64,000 nt of DNA from Chloroflexota bacterium (GCA_027623675.1 JAQBVF010000007.1:32001-96000), one strand, 5' to 3'; shown: positions 49,136 to 59,097, numbered from the stretch's first letter. A program made the numbers and translations. The notes: generated from the letters alone by a model not told the origin.

Positions 49136-49472
49136 TGATCCCCTCGGCCTCCCCACAAGATGCGCCGGTCCGGTGCTCATCACACTCCGGTGCGCATAAC
49201 GCCAAGACAGGGCAACAGATCCAGCCGTTCCCCGTTCCGTGGCATTGGCTATTATAACCCCTGTTCATCGGGAACGAGCCGCCGAATCCGCAGTTTATCC
49301 CCAGATTTCCGGTTGACTTATCGACTCCCTGCGACGCCCCTGTGTTTGGTGAAACCAGGTTTGTGCCCAGACCGCAAGTTCCCACAAAAAGCTATCGGCC
49401 GACCCCTACCAATGTGGAGGGACCGGCCGATAGAGCCATCTATAAGTTCCAGAGTGCGGTTGTGGTCGCCGC

Positions 49473-49796
49473 TTAGGCCACAGACTCCATGCCGGCGTCG
49501 TCATCACCGGGGGCCGCGCCATCGTCTTCCCCATCATTGCCCGCTATCTCATCGTCATCCGAGGTCGACTCGGCGGTGGCGGAAGCCCCACTGGCCTTGC
49601 TGGCGCGGCTGTCGCCCCAAGTTGCGGACTCGACGTAGTTCTTGAATTCGCGCGTCTCGCCGCAGACCTGACATGAGCCGTTGCTGACCGGACCGTCGGC
49701 GGGTTGGATAACCCAGTGGTGCCGGCACACGGCGACGGCCGCAGCGTCGGTGGTTTGTTCTTCAGTTTTGGGTGCTAGGGTGGTTTGTTGAGCCAT
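49473..49796 (-). CDS. Small putative zinc-binding protein with acidic tail
   Basis: CRHHWVI...SNGSCQVCGETREFKN; GAGG RBS and near-consensus promoter. Confidence 0.8.
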   Translation of the reverse strand: MAQQTTLAPKTEEQTTDAAAVAVCRHHWVIQPADGPVSNGSCQVCGETREFKNYVESATWGDSRASKASGASATAESTSDDDEIAGNDGEDDGAAPGDDDAGMESVA

Positions 49797-49827
49797 AATT
49801 ATTTCGCCTCAAATTGATGTTATCTAT

Positions 49828-49855
49828 ATTATACCCAAGTGGCCGATTTCGTCAA
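49828..49855 (-). promoter_or_regulatory. Sigma70-type promoter
   Basis: TTGACG-N16-TATAAT on the minus strand with AT-rich upstream DNA. Confidence 0.65.
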
Positions 49856-50455
49856 TGTTGTTTTGTTTCGTTACTGTATTTGTTGCGTGAGATAATCGTG
49901 TTACTTAATAAAATAAAGATATTTTTACTGAATTCGTTAATTCTTGAGGTGTTCCACGCCCTTCGGCGTTGGGTTTGTTCCCCTATGATTGTTCTTACGT
50001 GTATCAACCGCATTCGGACTTACGAATCGTCCTTTGGCATGGAGGCCGGGTCCGGGGTGGTCACGATCGTTTCAGCTTCCGATAACCATTCTGATCACTA
50101 TGATGCGGGCGTCGCGATTCCGGTCCGGGGCACCGATCTGAATGCCGCTGCCACCAGATCAAGCGAGCGAGGCAACCAAGACTACAACCAGGGCTTGATG
50201 AATGGAGAAGTCCAAAATGCGGCTGAATCAATTCTCTGACAGGGCACAATCAGGGTCAAGCCGACGTTGTCATGCCAATTTACTGGATTCCATGAACGTC
50301 ATTCGTCACCATATGCGGTCCGAATTGGCGTCAAACAGGAGGTCTTCGACCGGGGAGTGTCAGACGATGGGGAATTAAACCGAGGATGTGCGGCTATTTA
50401 AGATCGTGATGAAGACCGGGCCGCGCCAGTCTGGAGACTGGCGCGGCAGAGGGCG

Positions 50456-51514
50456 TTAAGCGTGTTTGACGATCTCTTCCGTGGCCATCCGAGTGACGCC
50501 CCACCCGGCCAACCAAGCAGAATGACGGCCATCGCCTCCGGCAACAATGGGCACGATGTCGCTTGAAGAGCGCACGATGGGCACCAGGGTCTCGGGGTTG
50601 GTCTCATCCACCCAACTGGGCCAGTTGCGGTTTCCATAGTGCGCTCGTCCCACCAACACCTTCATCGGCATTCGTGCGTTCTGGTAGACGTATTCCTGGA
50701 TATCGGACTTGGACAGTCCTGAGGCGGCAATCTCTTCGGCATGCTCTGGGCAGATGACCAACACGATCTGGGCGCCGGTACCTATCTGGTAGTAATTCGA
50801 GATTCCAGTTGCCTTCATATTGCCAACGATCGTCTGCAATACCTCCAGTCCGGTGGACACGGTTGTCTCCATGATGGTGTATACGCCCCGAACCGCCACC
50901 ACGGTCACCGTGCTGGAGCCTGCGGGATAACCAAGCTGGATGTTTCTGGCCTCCCAGGGACTGCGCTCCTCGTTCTCGGCGAAGCAGAAGCTGTAGCGTC
51001 CGGGCGTGGCCAGCGTGGCCTTGTCCATGACCCCGGGTATCAGCCCACCCACATTGCGGATGACCAACCGCAGCGCCCTGCCGATGGCTGCATTCGCCCT
51101 GGAGCCCGGCCCGAAGCAGGCGGCATCACCGTTTATGCCCAGCTCCTTGGCTATGGGGCCGTTGACGATCACCACCTGGGCTGCTCCACCGGTGGTTGCG
51201 GCGTTACCCCCCAAGTTGAAGTCCTTGTCCAGGGCCGCTTTCACCGCAGCGACCACCACTGGGAAATACTCCGGCTTACAACCGGCCATGACCGAGTTGA
51301 TCGCTATCTTCTCCAGCGTCGCCTGGGAGTTCCGAGGCTGCATCGTGCCCAGGGAGAACGACGGGGCTCCGCCGTACCCGGCCAGCATCGCGCGCACTAG
51401 CGGTTCCGTGGGCGGCACCACCGGCAACCCGTCCGTCCATCCCTGGTCCCAGCAGTAGTCCTGGATGTCCTGGAAGGAATCGGATACCTCTACGCGCCTA
51501 GCATTTAGAGTCAC
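50456..51514 (-). CDS. Conserved uncharacterised protein, UGSC-selenoprotein partner (copy 2)
   Basis: GWTDGLPVVPPT, EKIAINSVMAGCKPEY, GPGSRANAAIGRALRL. Confidence 0.88.
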   Translation of the reverse strand: MTLNARRVEVSDSFQDIQDYCWDQGWTDGLPVVPPTEPLVRAMLAGYGGAPSFSLGTMQPRNSQATLEKIAINSVMAGCKPEYFPVVVAAVKAALDKDFNLGGNAATTGGAAQVVIVNGPIAKELGINGDAACFGPGSRANAAIGRALRLVIRNVGGLIPGVMDKATLATPGRYSFCFAENEERSPWEARNIQLGYPAGSSTVTVVAVRGVYTIMETTVSTGLEVLQTIVGNMKATGISNYYQIGTGAQIVLVICPEHAEEIAASGLSKSDIQEYVYQNARMPMKVLVGRAHYGNRNWPSWVDETNPETLVPIVRSSSDIVPIVAGGDGRHSAWLAGWGVTRMATEEIVKHA

Positions 51515-51623
51515 GGGCTTGACCTCGTCAGTTGATTTCGGGGATGCAAGTTCAGGTGAAGATTCTCCGGCGGAACGGCCGGCAAGTCAAGACGGCCGCG
51601 CCGTTTAGATCAGACCGGCAAAT

Positions 51624-51654
51624 CAAAAGAGGGGCCGGTCTGGCCCCTCTTTTG
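51624..51654. terminator. Terminator-like hairpin between UGSC gene and partner
   Basis: CAAAAGAGGGGCC / GGCCCCTCTTTTG, U-tract on both strands. Confidence 0.75.
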
Positions 51655-51684
51655 TTCTCGTATCGGGTATGCCTAGGGAGAGCG

Positions 51685-52227
51685 TTACTTCCCCGTGAGC
51701 AGTCCTACGATCTCCGGTGCGAAATCGCGGGCCATCTGCTGGACCTCGGGGATGGTCCTGGGAGCCAGCGGACTGGGCAGCACCACGATGCGGGCGCCCG
51801 GCATGCCCAGAGCAGTCGCCCTGGCGTGGGCTGCCCTGGTAAAGGTGCTGGTTATCACGCTGACGGAAGGCTTTCCCTTGGATTCTGTGATCACTGTGTC
51901 GTGGAGACCCCACGCTGTGCAGGACCCTCAATCCGCGATGGCGTGTATCACCACATCGCATTCGTCGACCAGCGACTGAATCGTGTCGTCGGCACAGGGG
52001 GCGCTGTAGGTGAACTTGGTGGCGTAGACCACTTTTGCGGCGCCGTAGTCCTTGAGTAGCACCTCTTTCAGCTCGCCCAAGAAGGCGTCGGCGTGGTACT
52101 TGCGGTTCTCCAGCAGACCCACCACTTTGCCCTGCAGATCGGGCAGTGCGTCGCTCAGGCCCAACTCCTCGGGAACATCCTCCGCGGTGGGATCCAGTAT
52201 CTCAATCATTCGTGTTGCTTGCGCCAT
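51685..52227 (-). CDS. UGSC-family selenoprotein (copy 2), Sec at TGA 51928-51930
   Basis: ORFs 51928-52227 and 51685-51894 join in frame as AIAD-U-GSCTAWGLHD; hairpin 13 nt after UGA. Confidence 0.88.
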
Positions 52228-52295
52228 GGTCTCCCCCTGATAGATGTTTGCTCGGAAGTTTGCTTGGAGTTTGCTACCACCGCTCTAATGGGCAG

Positions 52296-53432
52296 CTAGC
52301 CGCCCATCTGGAAGAATTTGCCCTCTGTTTTGATGGAAGGGGCGATGACCATCTCGGCTTTGTGCAGGTCCCGGATGGTGTAGGCGCCGCACATGCCCAT
52401 GGCAACCCTAAGGGCGCCGATGAAGTTTTGCGTGCCGTCGGTGCGGGAGGTAGGACCGTACAATATCTGTTTCAGCGTGCCCTTGGTCCCAACGGAGATG
52501 CGGGTGCCTCTGGGCAGTTCGGGGTGAGGGTTGGCCATGCCCCAGTTGTAGCCGTGGCCGGGGGCCTCTTCCGCCTGGGCGAAGGGTGTTCCCAGCATCA
52601 CGCCGTCCGCGCCGCTGACCATGGCTTTGCAGATATCACCGCCGGTCCGGAAACCGCCGTCGGTTATGACACTGACGTAGCGGCCGGTGCGCCTGAAGTA
52701 ATCTTCCCTGGCCGCCGCGCATTGGAGCGTCGCGGTTACCTGGGGAACGCCAACTCCCACCACCTCGCGGGTGGTGCAGGCGGCACCGGGACCAACGCCG
52801 ACCAATAATCCGTCGATGCCGGTTTCCATCAGTTCCGAAGCCACTTCATAGGTGACGCAGTTGCCAACGACAACCGGCACTTTCAGAGCCTCGATAAGCT
52901 CCGAGAAGACCAGTCCGCGGTAGCTGTTGGACATGTGCCGGGCGGTGGTGACGGTGGACTGGACAACCACCATGTCGGCCCCGGCCTCAACGGCGGCGGG
53001 TGACATGCGTTTGGTGTTCTGGGGGGTGAAAGAAACGGCGCACGTGGCGCCGGTGCTCTTGATCTCGCGGACCCGCTTGCCGATCAGCTCGTCGCGGATG
53101 GGTTCAGAGTATACCTTTTGAAGGAATTCGGTGACTGATTCCTGGGGGCAGGAGATTATCTCTTCAAGGACTGCATAGGGGTCGTCGTATCTGGTATATA
53201 GGCCCTCGGCGTTCAGGACGCCCAGACCGCCCATCTCATGCATGTACGAAGCGAATCCCGGCGACACAGTCCCGTCCATCGCCGAAGCCATGACGGGAAT
53301 CTCAAACTCCAAGTCGCCGATGGTCATCTTGGTGGAGGTCAATTCGGGGTTGATCGTGACTTGCCCAGGCACGATTGCCACTTCATCGAAGCCGTACGAG
53401 CGTTCTAGTTCTTTAAAGAGCCTTCTCCCCAT
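52296..53432 (-). CDS. guaB3: GuaB3-family IMP dehydrogenase-related protein
   Basis: [28 protein letters not shown]; no CBS domains. Confidence 0.9.
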   Translation of the reverse strand: MGRRLFKELERSYGFDEVAIVPGQVTINPELTSTKMTIGDLEFEIPVMASAMDGTVSPGFASYMHEMGGLGVLNAEGLYTRYDDPYAVLEEIISCPQESVTEFLQKVYSEPIRDELIGKRVREIKSTGATCAVSFTPQNTKRMSPAAVEAGADMVVVQSTVTTARHMSNSYRGLVFSELIEALKVPVVVGNCVTYEVASELMETGIDGLLVGVGPGAACTTREVVGVGVPQVTATLQCAAAREDYFRRTGRYVSVITDGGFRTGGDICKAMVSGADGVMLGTPFAQAEEAPGHGYNWGMANPHPELPRGTRISVGTKGTLKQILYGPTSRTDGTQNFIGALRVAMGMCGAYTIRDLHKAEMVIAPSIKTEGKFFQMGG

Positions 53433-53671
53433 CCCTGCGCACCTCTTCCATAACCGATTCTTTAAGCGATTTAATCAGTTAATCCGGCCAAAAGTCAACC
53501 AAGAAGCAAGGCTGGAGCACCCTGGTAAGATTCTGGCGGATACCGATGCTGAGATCCCCGCCTGGATTCCAGAGTGAACTCCCGGATAAACCCTCGGTCG
53601 TGCCCTGCGGCTGAAACCCGAATGAGAACCGGACGGAGGACCTTTGACCTAGCTTTAATGAAGCGATACGA

Positions 53672-53707
53672 GCATCCGGGCAGGCATCCGGGCAGGCATC
53701 CGGGCCG
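53672..53707. repeat. 12-bp tandem repeat x3
   Basis: GCATCCGGGCAG twice plus GCATCCGGGCCG. Confidence 0.9.
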
Positions 53708-53803
53708 GCGAGCAAGATTGATCAGGGTGTTGACCCGTGTGGCCCGGCGGCGCACCGGCCAAGATTGGCGGAATTTTGGTGCCAGATTTTACCAAATTCC
53801 CTC

Positions 53804-53832
53804 TTGCGGGGTTGTGAAAAATGGTGCATACT
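53804..53832 (+). promoter_or_regulatory. Candidate promoter of 5S rRNA
   Basis: TTGCGG-N17-CATACT ending 16 nt before the 5S gene. Confidence 0.55.
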
Positions 53833-53848
53833 GTCGTAGCTGATGTAT

Positions 53849-53968
53849 CTCCTGGTGGTTCTAGCGAGGTGGCCCCACCCGTTTCCATCCCGAACACGGT
53901 AGTGAAACGCCTCAGCGCCTACGATACTGCTCTGGCGACGGAGTGGGAAAATAGGTCATCGCCAGGAG
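53849..53968 (+). rRNA. rrf: 5S ribosomal RNA
   Basis: CTCCTGGTG/CGCCAGGAG terminal helix; CACCCGTTTCCATCCCGAACACGGTAGTGAAAC conserved core. Confidence 0.97.
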
Positions 53969-54241
53969 GTATACCATCTTTTCGAATGCCTCCCCCCTTG
54001 TTGCACTTTCCCAGTCGACGGCCCCGGTGAATCCAGCCCAAGAGACCCTCTTTCCTATCACTCCGTTTCTTCTCCCTAGTGTAAGTGCCGGCCGTGCATC
54101 CACGGCGTCATCTACAACACGGTGACAACGCAGAGATAGGTGCCCCGCTCCGGCTTGATTGTCTTAGGGTAGTCTTTCGGTCCGGCGGTTATTGGTCAGG
54201 TTGGATACGTGCTTCCGGCAGCTTAACTGCATCCTTGTGCC

Positions 54242-54270
54242 TTTACACTGAGTTAGGCCTCTAATATAAT
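54242..54270 (+). promoter_or_regulatory. Sigma70-type promoter
   Basis: TTTACA-N17-TATAAT. Confidence 0.75.
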
Positions 54271-54276
54271 TGGTTG

Positions 54277-54450
54277 CACGAGGGCCACGAGGGTGAACTC
54301 CCCGGCGGGGCCCCGTCTCCACCACAGAACGGCCCAGCCCACAGGACTCTCCCTCCGCTACCGGGTGTTAAAAGCACCAAGGCGGCAGACGTTCTTTAGA
54401 GTGGCAAGCCTCTCCAACAGGCGCCCATCGACCGGCGGGTGCCTCACCTT
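54277..54450 (+). ncRNA. Candidate structured RNA (6S RNA-like or clpC leader)
   Basis: ~175 nt following a strong promoter; closing stem AGGGTGA/TCACCTT, inner stem AGAACG/CGTTCT, apical stems; folded by eye only. Confidence 0.4.
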
Positions 54451-54474
54451 ACTCCCATGCAGGAGCGTAATCAA

Positions 54475-57003
54475 ATGGGCAGTAGATTCGAGAAGTTCTC
54501 CGAACGCGCACGGCGGGTGCTGTCGCTGGCACAAGAAGAAGCCCAGCGGTTCAACCACAACTACATCGGCACCGAGCATATCTTGCTAGGCCTGGTCCGG
54601 GAGACGGAAGGCGTGGCAGCCCGAGTGCTTTCCAGTTTGTCCGTGGACCTAAGCAAGGTCCGGTCCGCTGTTGAATTCATCATCGGACGCGGCGAAAAGC
54701 CGGCCCAGGGCGAGATTGGTCTCACCCCCCGCGCCAAGAAGGTGGTGGAACTGGCCGTGGATGAAGCCCGGCGGATGAACCACACCTATATAGGAACCGA
54801 ACATCTGCTCATCGGCCTGCTTCGCGAAGGCGAAGGCGTGGCCGCAGGCGTGTTGGAAAGTTTGGGAGTCACCCTGGACAAGGTCCGGGCCGAGACTCAC
54901 CGCATCCTCAACCACACATCCGGCACCGGCGCTCAGGCCGGTCGGACAACCTCCAAGACCCCCACCCTGGACCAGCTGGGCATCGACCTAACCGTCGCCG
55001 CCAAGTCCGAGAAGCTTGACCCGGTCATCGGCCGGGAGAAAGAGATCGAACGGATGATCCAGATCCTCAGCCGCCGAACCAAGAACAACCCGGTCCTGGT
55101 TGGCGAGCCTGGCGTGGGTAAGACCGCCATCGTAGAAGCCCTGGCCCAGCAGATCGGCAGGGGCGACGTTCCCGACACACTGCAAGGAAAGCGCTTGGTC
55201 ACGCTGGACATGGGCGCTCTGGTCGCGGGCACCAAGTACCGCGGCGAGTTTGAAGAGCGGCTGAAGAAAGTTATTGAAGAGATCAAGACCGCGGGTAACT
55301 GCGTCCTGTTCATCGACGAGATTCACACGATAGTTGGGGCTGGCGCCGCGGAAGGCGCGGTTGACGCCTCCAACATCCTGAAGCCCTCCCTGGCGCGCGG
55401 CGAGATTCAATGCATCGGCGCCACCACTCTGGACGACTACCGGAAGTACGTCGAGCGCGACCCCGCTCTGGAGCGCCGCCTACAGCCCGTTCGGGTTGAA
55501 GAGCCCTCCGACGACGACACGGTGGCCATCTTGATGGGGATCAGAAGCAAATACGAGGACCACCACAAGGTTGACATCACGGATGAAGCCATCCGCAGCG
55601 CAGCCGTCTTGGCCCAGCGCTACATCTCCGACCGCTTCCTGCCCGACAAAGCCATCGACCTGATCGACGAGGCCGGCTCCAGAGTCAGGCTGCGCGGCAG
55701 CGTCACCCCGGCGTCGGTCAAAGACGCCATGCAGGTGCTGGAGCAGGTCCGCAAAGACAAGGACGAAGCCATCGCGTCGCAGCAATACGAGGCGGCGGCG
55801 GAGCTTCGCGACCAGGAACTGCGGCAGAACGAAGACCTGGACACGCTCGAGAAGGAATGGCAGGAAGGCCAGAATAAAGAGCGCCGGGTCGTCACCGAGG
55901 ACGATATCGCCGAGGTCGTCAGCATGTGGACCGGCATTCCGGTTTCCCGGCTGGCGGAAGAGGAGACCGAGCGCCTCCTCCAGATGGAAGCGGAACTGCA
56001 CAAGCGGATCATCGGACAGGACGAGGCTATCATCAGCGTCTCCAAATCCGTGCGCCGCGCCCGGTCCGGCCTCAAGGACGCCCGCCGACCCATCGGCGTG
56101 TTCATGTTCCTTGGCCCCACCGGTGTGGGCAAGACCGAATTGGTCCGCGCCCTAGCCGAGTTCATGTTCGGCGATGAAGACAACATGATTCGCCTGGACA
56201 TGTCCGAGTTCCAAGAACGGCACACGGTCGCCCGGCTGATCGGCGCTCCTCCCGGATACGTCGGCTATGACGAAGGCGGGCAATTGACCGAGGCCGTCCG
56301 GCGCAAGAATTACTGTGCCGTGCTGTTGGACGAGATTGAAAAGGCTCACCCAGAGGTTTTCAACATCCTCTTGCAGATATTCGATGCCGGCCAACTGACG
56401 GATGCCCGGGGCCGGAAGGTGGACTTCCGGAACTCCATCCTGATCATGACCAGCAACCTGGGGTCCGACCTGATCAAGCGGGAGACCTCGTTGGGTTTCT
56501 CGGCCATGACGACCGACTCCCAGACCGATGCGAGCGCCTACGCCCGGATGAAAGAAAAGGTGTTGGAAGAGGTCAAGCGCTTCTTCCGGCCTGAGTTCCT
56601 CAACCGGATCGACTCAACTGTGGTGTTCCATCAACTCACCCAGCCGGAGATTCTGGAGATCGTTGACTTGATGATGAATCAGGTCCGCGGCGAACTTGCT
56701 GAGAAAGATATCGAACTGGAGATCACCGAAGCAGCCAAGATACACCTGGGAGAGAAGGGTTTCGACCCGGTCTTGGGTGCCCGGCCGCTGCGGAGACTGA
56801 TTCAGGACGAGATCGAAGATAGCCTGTCCGATGAGGTCCTCAGCCGACGGCTAGTGGCCGGTGATGTGGCCTACATCGACATGGACGGAGACGCCGTCAA
56901 GATCACGTCCAAGAAGGCCAAAGCCAAGCCCAAGGGCAAAGCCAAAGCTGAATCTTCCGCTGAATCTTCGGAGGAAGCTGAACCTGCGGCTTCGGGTGAC
57001 TAA
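54475..57003 (+). CDS. clpC: ATP-dependent Clp protease ATP-binding subunit ClpC
   Basis: Two Clp N repeats (HNYIGTEH), [11 protein letters not shown] coiled coil, [15 protein letters not shown]. Confidence 0.97.
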   Translation: MGSRFEKFSERARRVLSLAQEEAQRFNHNYIGTEHILLGLVRETEGVAARVLSSLSVDLSKVRSAVEFIIGRGEKPAQGEIGLTPRAKKVVELAVDEARRMNHTYIGTEHLLIGLLREGEGVAAGVLESLGVTLDKVRAETHRILNHTSGTGAQAGRTTSKTPTLDQLGIDLTVAAKSEKLDPVIGREKEIERMIQILSRRTKNNPVLVGEPGVGKTAIVEALAQQIGRGDVPDTLQGKRLVTLDMGALVAGTKYRGEFEERLKKVIEEIKTAGNCVLFIDEIHTIVGAGAAEGAVDASNILKPSLARGEIQCIGATTLDDYRKYVERDPALERRLQPVRVEEPSDDDTVAILMGIRSKYEDHHKVDITDEAIRSAAVLAQRYISDRFLPDKAIDLIDEAGSRVRLRGSVTPASVKDAMQVLEQVRKDKDEAIASQQYEAAAELRDQELRQNEDLDTLEKEWQEGQNKERRVVTEDDIAEVVSMWTGIPVSRLAEEETERLLQMEAELHKRIIGQDEAIISVSKSVRRARSGLKDARRPIGVFMFLGPTGVGKTELVRALAEFMFGDEDNMIRLDMSEFQERHTVARLIGAPPGYVGYDEGGQLTEAVRRKNYCAVLLDEIEKAHPEVFNILLQIFDAGQLTDARGRKVDFRNSILIMTSNLGSDLIKRETSLGFSAMTTDSQTDASAYARMKEKVLEEVKRFFRPEFLNRIDSTVVFHQLTQPEILEIVDLMMNQVRGELAEKDIELEITEAAKIHLGEKGFDPVLGARPLRRLIQDEIEDSLSDEVLSRRLVAGDVAYIDMDGDAVKITSKKAKAKPKGKAKAESSAESSEEAEPAASGD

Positions 57004-57050
57004 CGGCGGGGAAACCCATCGATAGTCCGGTAAAGATTCGGAACCACTGA

Positions 57051-57083
57051 CAGAAGGCCCCACGATTGTGGGGCCTTCTGTTG
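57051..57083 (+). terminator. Intrinsic terminator after clpC
   Basis: CAGAAGGCCCCAC / GTGGGGCCTTCTG. Confidence 0.75.
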
Positions 57084-57138
57084 TTATAATGGCCAGGTTC
57101 CCGGCTGGCCAGCCGGAATATTCCTGAGCTGTGGGGGT

Positions 57139-58587
57139 GTGGGCGTGGCTAAGGCGAAAGAGGGCAGGCGGAGCATCTTCATGTGCCCGTCCTGCGGGAA
57201 TGAATCTCCCAAGTGGATGGGGTTTTGCCCAGCCCAAGGTTGCGGCTCCCAGAGTCCTCTGGTCGAAGCAGCGATGGCTACCCCTGCGCCCAAGGGGCGT
57301 TCCGCCAGATGGCTCCCCGCCCAGCCCACCGAAGCCGTCGAACTGTCCTCCATATCATCCGACACCCAACCCCGCGGCCCGTTGCCCTCCGGCGAACTGA
57401 ACCGCGTCTTGGGCGGCGGGGTGGTCCCGGGGTCGGTAGTCCTGCTGGCCGGCGAACCGGGCGTCGGCAAATCAACCCTGTTGCTCCAGTTGGCCCAGTA
57501 CGCCGCCGCCAAGGGAGAGCAGGTCCTCTATGTCAGCGGCGAAGAATCCCCCCAACAGATCAAACTGCGCTCTGACCGTTTGGGGATCTCCGGAAAGGGC
57601 GTGCTCATGCTGCCCGAGACCGACCTGGAAGCAGTGATCGAAAAACTGGACTCGATCAAACCAAGCATGGCCATCGTCGATTCCATCCAGACGCTGTACA
57701 GCGCCACCGAATCCTCCGGACCTGGCAGCGTGGGCCAGGTCCGGGAGGCGGGCCTGCTGTTGCTGCGGTGGGCGAAGGCCAGCGGCATCCCCGTGTTCGT
57801 CTCGGGCCACATGACCAAGGACGGCTCTTTGGCCGGACCCAGAGTCTTGGAACACATGGTCGACGTGGTCCTGTACCTGGAATCCCAGGAGGACGGCGCC
57901 TACCGGGTATTGCGGGCCGGCAAGAACCGGTTTGGAGCAACCACCGAAGTCGGCGTTTTCGACATGACCGAACGAGGACTTGTTGACGTGTCCGACCCAT
58001 CCAAAGCCCTTTTGGCCCAGCGTGCCGGGGGCTCCATCGGAGGGGCGTTGGTTCCCATCGTTGAAGGCAGCCGGGCGTTGTTATTGGAGGTCCAGGCCCT
58101 GACATCACCCTCTCAACTACCAACCCCGCGCCGGGTCGCCAACGGCTTTGACTACAACCGGTTGCTCATGCTGGCGGCGGTGTCCTCCCGCAGGGCCGGA
58201 CTGGAGCTTTCTAATCAGGACATCATCGTCAACGTGGCGGGCGGGTTCAAGATCAGTGAACCGGCGGCAGACCTGGCTCTGGTGCTGGCAATGGCGTCGA
58301 GCCTCTACAACTCGCCGCTGGACCCCGAGATGTGCGCCTTTGGCGAGGTGGGGTTGAGCGCGGAGGTTAGGACGGTCTCCCAGGCGCAACGAAGGGTCAA
58401 TGAAGCCGCCCGATTGGGATTGAAGAAGTGCATCCTGCCTGAAGCGTGTCTGGACAGCCTGACAGTGCCCCAGAACATGAAGGTCACCGGAGTGAGGACC
58501 TTGCGGCAAGCGGTCAACGCCGTGCTGGCCCAAGACCGGACCGAATCCTGGGCTGCCGAGCGCGAATCGGCGTTGGAACCCGGCTAG
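57139..58587 (+). CDS. radA: DNA repair protein RadA/Sms
   Basis: C4 zinc finger, GEPGVGKS, IVDSIQ, LEHMVD, KNRFG. Confidence 0.96.
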   Translation: MGVAKAKEGRRSIFMCPSCGNESPKWMGFCPAQGCGSQSPLVEAAMATPAPKGRSARWLPAQPTEAVELSSISSDTQPRGPLPSGELNRVLGGGVVPGSVVLLAGEPGVGKSTLLLQLAQYAAAKGEQVLYVSGEESPQQIKLRSDRLGISGKGVLMLPETDLEAVIEKLDSIKPSMAIVDSIQTLYSATESSGPGSVGQVREAGLLLLRWAKASGIPVFVSGHMTKDGSLAGPRVLEHMVDVVLYLESQEDGAYRVLRAGKNRFGATTEVGVFDMTERGLVDVSDPSKALLAQRAGGSIGGALVPIVEGSRALLLEVQALTSPSQLPTPRRVANGFDYNRLLMLAAVSSRRAGLELSNQDIIVNVAGGFKISEPAADLALVLAMASSLYNSPLDPEMCAFGEVGLSAEVRTVSQAQRRVNEAARLGLKKCILPEACLDSLTVPQNMKVTGVRTLRQAVNAVLAQDRTESWAAERESALEPG

Positions 58588-58593
58588 AGTTAC

Positions 58594-59070
58594 CTAGTGG
58601 GTGTGGCTTTCGGCTGCCGACTGGCCCAAGTCTTGGCCCGAATCTTGATGCGAGAATTCGTGGTCTTCGCAGGCAACCCAGCGTGAGCCGTCCTCGTAGA
58701 CCTCTTTCTTCCAGATCGGGACCACCTCTTTGATACGGTCCACGGCTTGGTGGCAGGCGGCAAATCCATCTTTGCGGTGGGGCGACCCGACGGCCACCAC
58801 CAGGCTGATCTCGCCGATGCCCACGGTCCCGATGCGGTGGCTGATGGCCACCTGCTCCAGACCAAACTCGGCCATCAACTCCTGACGGACCTCTTCAAGT
58901 TTCTTGAGGGCCATCTCGTCGAAGGCCTCGTACTCCAGTGTCAGGACTTTCTTGCCCTCAAAGTTGTCCCTGGTGGTTCCCAAGAAAGTCACCACCGAGC
59001 CGTTGGTGTCGCGGCGAACGGAGGCAGTTACCTTCTCCGGATCAAGGGTGTCGGTTGTCAGTTCTATCAT
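58594..59070 (-). CDS. moaE: Molybdopterin synthase catalytic subunit
   Basis: FLGTTR, LEYEA, HRIG, SPHR, PIWKKE. Confidence 0.95.
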   Translation of the reverse strand: MIELTTDTLDPEKVTASVRRDTNGSVVTFLGTTRDNFEGKKVLTLEYEAFDEMALKKLEEVRQELMAEFGLEQVAISHRIGTVGIGEISLVVAVGSPHRKDGFAACHQAVDRIKEVVPIWKKEVYEDGSRWVACEDHEFSHQDSGQDLGQSAAESHTH

Positions 59071-59097
59071 TCGCTAGGCCTTTACTCGGAATCTCAA

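Noticed and set aside
49263..49275. GTTC-N5-GAAC as a LexA box at dnaE
   Set aside because: Orientation and spacing differ from the GAAC-N4-GTTC box
49814..50239. 141-aa plus-strand ORF
   Set aside because: Overlaps an AT-rich promoter region, no RBS or recognisable motif
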